The translations under genes and the position numbers were made by a program. From positions 11,594,001-11,658,000 of the forward strand of contig NW_027361673.1 of NCBI RefSeq assembly GCF_039654945.1: 64,000 bases of DNA, written 5' to 3'. Position 1 is the stretch's first letter. Every line of letters begins with the position of its first letter. Shown here piece after piece: positions 55,503 through 64,000 of the stretch. A model generated the notes under the pieces. It saw only the letters and a program-made list of their open reading frames with translations. It did not search any database and was not told where the DNA came from. This stretch comes from Dendrobates tinctorius (lineage: Eukaryota).

Positions 55503-56519
55503 TTAAAGCTGCAATGCTCCTCTGGTAAATATGAAAATAGTCTCTTCAGAGAGGACGAGGACTAGAACTCTATTGCCACCTCTTGGAGGTAGCAATCCTA
55601 AAAGTCAATGTCGGCCCTTTAACGTGCCTTATCACATGACTTTGGATAAAAGCCAAACTCAGACCCTCAATCACGAAATACATCAGGCCACAGTGGTGGG
55701 GCCTGCACCTGTTGATATGCTGACATTTCTAAGATGGCAATAGCCCTTGAATTTTACTTTAATAGATATTTAATGTCTTGGAAATATAGATATATTTATA
55801 CTGCAATCAATTAAGGCACATTGTTCGCTCTCATGTGATCTCTCTGTGACAAATTAGGGGACTTGATATGTTAACACGCTGGCAAAAACTTCCCATTCAT
55901 TTGCAGGGAACCTGCAGAAATCAATGCACATGCTGCAAAAACAACCCTGTGCAGATCAATGAAACAGAACGCATGAATCAGGTTTGTGCAATAAGTCTGT
56001 TGTACCTGAAAATGTCATTACAAGCCTGTAGGTATTCCGGTAGACACATAACAGTGTCATAAAAATTTGAAAGATCCTATATACACAATAAGAGAAAAAT
56101 TTGGACACATCTACCCATACAAGGGGTTTATTTATTTTTCACTTTTTTTTTTTTTTTTTTACTAATTTTTGAATAATAATAAGACATGGGAACTAAGAAT
56201 TAATACAAGCGGAATAATACAGTGATGAAAAAAGAAAATACAGAAAATACAGGAAACTATCCTCTATTTTATATTCCTTGAGGTAGCCAATGTTTGGCTT
56301 GCTAAAAACTTGCTATCAACATGACAATGACAGGTCGCATGTTGCTTGTGCTACTCTGAAAACACTGGTCTAAAACATGGTCCCCGGATTCATCACCCAT
56401 CGAGCACATCTAGGATGTCATTGGTTGGGGTATGCCAGCAGCGGATCTTGATGATTTGTGTGCTCAAGTGCATTCAGCGTGACAGAATATTCATTCCTCA
56501 GACAACTATTAATAAAGTA

Positions 56520-57214
56520 CCATATATACTTGTGTATAAGCCGAGTTTTTCAGTACATTTTTTTGTGCTGAAAACGCTGCCCTTGGCTTATACACCAGCC
56601 AATTGTCCCAGAAAGACGGTGGGAGAGCGGCAGATCAGTTGGTTACAGAGGCAGGAGCCGGCAGCTGTGGCTAAAGCCTGTGCCACTGCTAAAGAGAAAT
56701 GATTATCAATTTCTCTGTAACAGCGCACATTGACAGCCACAACAGCCGGCTTCCAGCACACATCCTACTTACCTTCATGCACGCCATCGCAGCAAATTGT
56801 TCGTTCAGATGCCAGCAGCATTTCCGGTTGAGCAGTCACGTGGCCCCGCTCATTATTGTAATGAATATTCATGCCTCTCCACTCCCATAGGTGTGGAGTG
56901 AATATTCATTACCTTAATGAGCATGGCCACGTGATCGCTCGGCAAGAAAAGCTGCTGGCGCCTGAATGAGATGCAGCGAGGGTGCGAAGGCAAGGTAAGT
57001 AGGATTTTTTTTATAGGAACCATGCATACAAGGATAGGGGATAAGGAGCCATTCATACAAGGACGGGATGGGGGGAGCCATGCATACCAGGATAGGGATG
57101 AGGGGACAATGCATACCCAGCTTATACGCAAGTTAATAAGTTTACCCAAGTTTTTGTGGCAAAATTAGGTGTCTCGGCTTATACTTGGGTCGACTTATAT
57201 TCGAATATATATGG
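56520..57214. mobile_element. Tc/mariner-superfamily non-autonomous element (TA TSD) inside an older Tc1 remnant
   Basis: TA-CCATATATACTTGTGTATAAGCCGAG...CTCGGCTTATAC...AATATATATGG-TA. Confidence 0.75.
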
Positions 57215-57481
57215 TAATTGATAGGAGCCAAGGCGTGTAAGTGCATGTATTTCTGCACATTACGCTCATGCTCTATTTGTATAAATAAAAAGGTTTTTAA
57301 AATTTTGTTTCAATTTTTTAATCATTTGCATATCAGTAATATGTCTATCGATCATGCAATTTTTGTAATTTCACAACTTTTCTTTTTTGATGCTGCACTT
57401 TCCATGTGGAGGAGAGTGCATACACAGATACAGTAACACCTACAACAACATTTACTCTTAACTTCAAGCCTTAAGAGTTTA

Positions 57482-57697
<216 letters not shown>

Positions 57698-58357
57698 TTA
57701 CAAATGCCATAATTTCAGCTAAATTTCACATTGTTTGGTACACATAACTAGCTTTTTTCACCAGCATAGACAATTTATATATAGTACCCAATAATCCGAC
57801 ATATCTGTAATTAATTCTACATAGTAAAGTACATAAGGGTGCATCGTATGGCCAGTGGATCTGCTTGGCAGTTAGGAAATAAAGTAGTATTGTCTCATAT
57901 TAAAATAGAATATAAACAGTATGCACAGAACTTATCACTGTTTTCTTATGCTAGAAACGTTCTTAAAGGGGTTATACAACTTTTTATTATTTCTTTACAA
58001 ACATCTGCGGTTTTAATATAACAAAAGGAACACTATTTGTACCCCTGGCTATCCAGGCCCTTTGGCAATGCTCCCAGTCATGTGCCCTACTACTGGTACC
58101 ATGGCTCCCATCGCTGAGCTGTGATGCTAGTAAATTATGGGAATCTTTCTAAGCATATTAATGTCATGGAATAGGGGATGGTCTTTGTTAATAATGAAAA
58201 AGACTGGAATTGCTTTAAGAACATAAATAACCTGAAAATGTATTTCGAGATAACCTTCAATAAAGTCAACAACCACTGTAGTGCACTATACCCTTAATGT
58301 GCCAGAGTTCTTTAGGTATCAGTAAAATTTGTATTTTTCGACAGGTTGTAACATATA

Positions 58358-59129
58358 CAGTGGGTACAGAAAGTATTCAGACCCCTTTAACTTTTTCATT
58401 TTTTTCTCATTAATGTACACTCTGCACCCCATCTTGGCTGAAAAGAACCAAAAACCACTCCTGTTATTTTAGCTGTGTGCTTAGGGTCATTGTCTTGTTG
58501 GAAGGTGAACCTTCGGCCAAGTTTGAGGTCCAGAGCACTCTGGAAGAGGTTTTCATCCAGGATATCTCTGTACTTAGCCGCATTCATGTTTCCTTCAATT
58601 GCAACCAGTCGTCCTGTTCCTGCAGCTGAAAAACACCCCCATAGCATGATGCTGCCACCACCATGTTTCACTGTTGGGATTGTATTGAGCAGGTGATGAG
58701 CAGTGCCTGGTTTTCTCCACACATACTGCTTAGAAATATCACCAAAAAGTTCTATCTTCATCTCATCAGACCAGAGAATCTTATTTCTCATAGTCTGGGA
58801 GTCAAGTCCAATCCGATTAATTAAACACAGCTGGACTTCAATGAAGGAGTAGAACCATCTCAAGCAGGATCACAAGGAAATGGACAGCATGTGACTTAAA
58901 TATGAGTGTCTGAGCAAAGGGTCTGAATACTTATGACCATGTGATATTTTAGTTTTCTTTTTTAATGAATTTGCAAAAATTTCTACATTTCTGCTTTTTT
59001 TCAGTCAAGATGGGGTGCAGAGTGTACATTAATGAGAAAAAAAATGAACTTTTTTGAATTTACCAAATGGCTCCAATGAAACAAAGAGTGAAAAATGTAA
59101 AGGGGTCTGAATACTTTCCGTACCCACTG
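58358..59129 (-). mobile_element. Internally deleted Tc1-like element
   Basis: TA-CAGTGGGTAC.GAAAGTATTCAGACCCCTT TIRs; remnant [10 protein letters not shown]...FQQDNDPKH. Confidence 0.9.
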
Positions 59130-59131
59130 TA

Positions 59132-59650
59132 TGTTACATCCATGTCTGAACATACTGCTGCAACCCTTGCCCTGGTCACTAAGTGGTGCCGCACTAATAC
59201 TGTAGATACTGCTGGACGTTGGCAGCATGTGGAAGATTAGATTTTAGATTGCTGAGACTAGTTGTCCCTTTCCTGCCCATCTGTGTTTGGCTGCAGTACG
59301 CTGGTAATGTAATTAGTTCTCTGCTGGGAGCCATAGGCAGAGATCCTTACTATATAAACCCCATTGCTCCTCTGTGCTATTTTGTATATCCTGTTTTCTG
59401 ACTGTCTTGTATTTTGACCACCAGCTTTCTGATTTTGTCCCTGACGTGACCTCGTGATATTGGCATTGCATGTTGACTTTTTGGCCCAGGTCCAGGGGTC
59501 CCTGTGTAAGTCCAAATCCCTATATAGGGGTTCAAGGGTGAAGGCCAGGGCAACCTCTTGAATCTGGTAAGCGGAGTTGTTTGTGCTAAGCCTGTCTGTG
59601 GAAGTCCTATTGACAGCTTTCAGGCTTCCAAGAACAGTGCACCAGTAACA
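59132..59650 (+). mobile_element. Solo LTR (~520 bp)
   Basis: TGTTAC...GTAACA termini; internal TATATAAA at 59351; TSD imperfect. Confidence 0.65.
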
Positions 59651-60389
59651 AAATATATACTTAAGAGGGTTTACAGATTAATGTTTGTCAATTTACTCTC
59701 CAAATTGCCAATTTTACTTTGTTATATGTATAAAAGGTGTTCGACAGGTTAAGACAAGTTAGTCTTTGCCCATTTGAATGTACTGGAGCAAGAGATCAGC
59801 TGGAAAAATTTAAAATATTACAATAAAAAATAAATATCTAAAATATGTTTTCATTTTTATACTTTTAGTATTAATTTAGTAAACTTAATTTAAAAGCAGA
59901 TTTGAAAATGAAATTTGATGAACCGGCAGCATCTGACAAGTAGCGTGCATCTCCGTGCACTTTGCCACAAGTTTTACTCCATTCAGGAACTGGAGTAAAA
60001 TTCCTCATTTAACAGCTCCGTTCATCAAGAATTAGATGATTTGTGGCGTCACACATCCTTCCTGGCCCAATCTCCACCTATCGTAGTTGTGATGGTTAAA
60101 ACTGGCCTGAGCAAAAATTTGGTGACTTTATTTAAAGTGATTTACTCCAGAATTATCGCTTTAATGAATCGGGGCCTATATCACCACATAATAGAAACTA
60201 TTTTAATTGTTTCTATTAGAAAATAATATTGTTTCCATATTTTCATTTATACATCCTATCAAAACTGGCAGCACTTTTACTAAAAATGTGTAAGCATATT
60301 AGTATACATGTGTAGATGTATATAAATACATATGTACAGTAAAAGTTCTGCTGGATTCATTGCACATATATCTATATATACACACACAT

Positions 60390-60665
60390 GCAGATCGATA
60401 GATAGATAGATAGATAATTTAGATGGATATATAGATATGAGATAGATACATAGATAGCAATGGATAATAGATAGCGATAGATTGATAGATAGATAAATAG
60501 ATAATAGTGATAGATAAATAGAGATAGATACTATAGATAGATATGAAATAGACAGATAGAAAGATATAGATAGATAGCGATAGACAATAGATAGCGATAG
60601 ATAGACAGATAGATAGATGATAGATAGTGATAGTTAGATAAATAGAGAGATAAAATAGATAGAAT
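60390..60665. repeat. Degenerate (GATA)n microsatellite
   Basis: Direct inspection. Confidence 0.9.
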
Positions 60666-62492
60666 ATTTGAGAGCTATTCAGGGCCACAGTATCTGATTC
60701 AATATTCCATGTATGGTGCTGTAGATGTGAGGCATTGGAACGTGCCATAGTGACGTTTTGACCCTTTACTCTGGAGAGGTTTTTCTCCGGTACGTAGAGA
60801 TGTGAACAGACAGATACTTGAATATATGTAGTGGGCTGTGTTACACACAGAGTTGTCTTTTTATAACACTTATTCTCTAAGAGTCATTCCATTGTGACTC
60901 TTCTGATGTCCTGTAAACCCAGTGGGAAGGTTGATAGGGGACACCTGTTCTCTGGTGTTAATGAGTAGCTATAGTCTTCATTAAATTCAAATCAATGTTG
61001 ATCAATAGGGACAAGCGTGTGCTTTCAGCAGCCTTCTGTCCTCATCACTGAATTAATTGCCTCTTGTAAGAAATTCAATAATGTTGATTTAACGCTAAAA
61101 ATATATTTAGACTAAAGAGACATGACAGGCTCTATCTATACAATAATGTCCTTGTCACCAGTCTCCCAACGTACATACAGTCACATGATGGAAGGAGGCA
61201 TAGAACTGAAAGGACATTTGAAAGTAAATTTAGATGAAAATTTTAACATGCATATAGGAAAAATTATATATAAAACTAAATATTAAACTTAAGATGTTGT
61301 AGAGCCTAAATAATAGATTTGCTATGATGCATTATTGCATTAAGATATTGCTGTGTAGAATATATACAAGCAAATGACACATTCTCTCTTATGTTTCCCT
61401 CCGGCACAGACACATTTTTGTGTAGTCGTTCCTCCGTTATGCAGTTTACAGCTCCCATAATGGGGTGTTATTACGTATTGTTTAATGACCACGAGACTAA
61501 ACATATTGCTTGGTGTGAGGGTATTAATTTAGTGCGCAGCCGGAATTAAATAGAAAACAAAAAACAGTATTATCCAAAAACAATTGAAGAATCAGAACAC
61601 ATAATTGGAAATGATGAAGATAAAAGCAGCTGAAGAAACAATTGTCACAGGGAAACCTCCGGTGTGACTTCTCTGCCGGCTGCAGAAAAGAAAGTTTTGG
61701 ACAGAAAGTTCCATCGGAATAAATGCTGTATAATGACTATATTTCTTTTTACGTCTAGAGAACTATTATATTACATATTTTATCTCCCCGCTCAATAAAT
61801 GTCTTGTATTGTTTTGTGTAACGTTAACAGTCTTGTTATATCTGGATTTTTCAGCATGGAATAAATCTGAACACAAAAATGCTAAATCGTTCAGTATAAA
61901 CCGAGGTATTAAGAGAAAGAAACAGTATGATAATAGTTATTCTGCAGAATGAAAATCAAGACTGCACAATTACTAGGTATTTAGCAGAAAGTAAGATAGA
62001 GCAGCTTCCAGGTATTGCTGTGTAACGGCTGACGGACACTTCTCTATGTGAATGTTGTATAGTCAGTAATATTATATGTATGTGAAAAATAGGGGTTAAT
62101 TACACAAAAACACCAGCGTCAAGCATCTCCACTTCTATACGGGTGACGGAATTCAGCAGCACAAAGCGCCCTTGTTGCAGCTGTCGCTCAGTGCGCACCG
62201 AGACCCCCCAATTTCGCTCTCGCTTTTGTGCTCCCTAATGAAGGGTCGTCTGAAGAATAGCACAAATTTCAAATTGCATCAAAGAAATTCTCTCGGGCAG
62301 AGAAATAAAAAAAAAAACATTTTAATCTCCTAGCAACACGGACAACGTCTTTTGGCTGATTACAGACGGGCTCGGAAGGACAGATATGTGTTAAATCAAA
62401 TTTGCAACTTTAAAGATCCAAGGCAGGTGAGCAGACATGCAAAAAAAAAAAAAACACTTATTAAAAACATGGAAAGACAAAAGCGTCCCTAC

Positions 62493-62820
62493 CTTTTTTC
62501 TGGGAGAACATCGGAGACTGCCCCTGTGAAAAAGTTGCTTTTTCCTCAGAGAAATACTCGGGTTGGTTGTACGAATTCAGGGCCATGTCCATTTCTGAGT
62601 ACTCGCTTTTAAACATGTTTCCAGGGTAACTGGAAGTATAAGCCTGATTCACCGCCCAGGCCTGATCCATATATATATTATTGTTGTGTAGGACATAAGC
62701 CTCACAAGAGCTGTAGGTCTCGCTATCTTCTATATAGGTGCAGTGCTCGGGGGGCTGCATGCAGAAGGCGTTAGATGCACACTGGGGCATTTCGTACATT
62801 TCTTGAAGGCAGTAGTTCAT
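62493..62820 (-). CDS. thrb: thrb beta2-specific first coding exon (A/B domain)
   Basis: MNYCLQEMYE...NNIYMDQAWAVNQAYTSSYPGNMFKS...PEYFSEEKATFSQGQSPMFSQKKG resembles the amniote TRbeta2 N-terminus. The phase-1 GT donor at 62491-62492 fits the next exon. Total CDS is 1431 nt (476 aa plus stop). Confidence 0.95.
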
Positions 62821-62990
62821 TTTGATATCCAGGGTGAGCTTCTACTTTACGTATGCACCACACACACACACGAGCAGGTACACACATGGAACGAGGGGAG
62901 AAAATGATGAATATACAATACAAACTGAAGCCTGTCTCAAAGCGAAGCACCCTGGTATGATTTGGAGCAGCACCTTGTGTGCTGAGATCC

Positions 62991-62998
62991 TATTTATA
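62991..62998 (-). promoter_or_regulatory. Candidate TATA box of the beta2 promoter
   Basis: TATAAATA on the minus strand, ~170 bp upstream of the ATG. Confidence 0.5.
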
Positions 62999-63260
62999 TC
63001 TAGGATGTTACTGAGAAGTCAAACATGTTGGAAAAGAGATTTATGACAGTTTAAGGTCCTAATCTATGAGCCACGGCTAAATCCTAGGAAGATGGCTTCA
63101 CAGACAGGTAGCAGAAGGTATTAGAGCCACAACACAAGGCGGGCAGACCACAATCTGGACTTTATTTAAGTTTGGGTAGTAACTTTGAGCAGTCATATTC
63201 AAGACCCATCAGGGTGACATATTCTTGACAACTTAAAAAGCAAAGCCTAAGTGAGTCAGA

Positions 63261-63295
63261 GGGCTGCATAAAATCCTAAAATCAATAGGCTGAGG
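63261..63295. promoter_or_regulatory. Candidate OTX2/ONECUT composite element (ThrbCRM1-like)
   Basis: AAATCC (63271-63276) lies 4 bp from ATCAAT (63281-63286), ~450 bp upstream of the beta2 ATG. Confidence 0.6.
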
Positions 63296-64000
63296 TTTTA
63301 ACTCTATCCTTAAAGAAACTCAATAGGAAAAACCTATATGACCCATACCAGAATCTAAAAGGTGAACATTGTAACCACATAATCCACAATCAGTTCTATT
63401 GATTTGGCGTTACAGCATTAACCTTCTGCATGATGGCAGGTATTGATTGCCATTCATGGACTGTCTTCATCCACCCATCAAAAAGCATAGAAAAAAAATC
63501 TATTGATAATGAATACTATCATGAAGTGCTAATGATTATGCATGGGGGAAGTATGGTGTTGTGTAGATTAAAAGTTTATACATTTTCTAAGAAATGTTTT
63601 TTAATGCAAGTTTGTTATCATAAGGTGGCATAGACCCAGCTGCACATTTTCAACCTATCCTAATGCCATGCCACTTCTGCAGACAACAGCACTATGAAAT
63701 GAACAAATTGGTGGAAAAGAACATAGAAAATGGGCTAATAATGCAAGCAGACATCTCACCAATAAATAACTTTACATCAATCATACACACTAGATATCCA
63801 CAACCTTATAACAAGTTACAATTCCATATTTTGATGGAAATTAGAAAAGAACTAAAGAACATAAAACCTGTTAATAACTCCACGCTGTCCGGCTGGTGTA
63901 AAGCACATGCGGGTTACAGGCACATTCTGTCACTAGGCAGTGATACAAACACTGGCGCTGTGCATTTCTCCACATGGCACATTCACCTATCAAAGAGTAC

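Overview
Eukaryotic (anuran amphibian-like) genomic DNA. The only host gene is thyroid hormone receptor beta (thrb) on the minus strand. Seven coding exons (62820 down to 39162) splice into an intact 476-aa TRbeta2-type isoform, with a beta2 promoter region carrying a TATA box and OTX/ONECUT motifs, and a probable ~6.9 kb 3'UTR. The rest is a dense, nested transposon landscape. A large decayed hAT element (from before base 1 to ~12691) has ~131-135 bp subterminal arrays, a long hairpin and an embedded degenerate antisense 18S rRNA fragment. A young Tf1/sushi-type chromovirus with a self-priming PBS sits in that array. Also present are a second internally deleted hAT copy, solo LTRs, a Helitron-like element, several Tc1-like elements (one DD37E/TRT-type), hAT/Harbinger/Kolobok MITEs, Penelope-like inserts (one with a minimal hammerhead motif) and minisatellites. 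No CRISPR array, functional rRNA gene or tRNA gene was seen. There is an assembly gap at 17561-17694. All comparisons were made by eye; no database searches were run.
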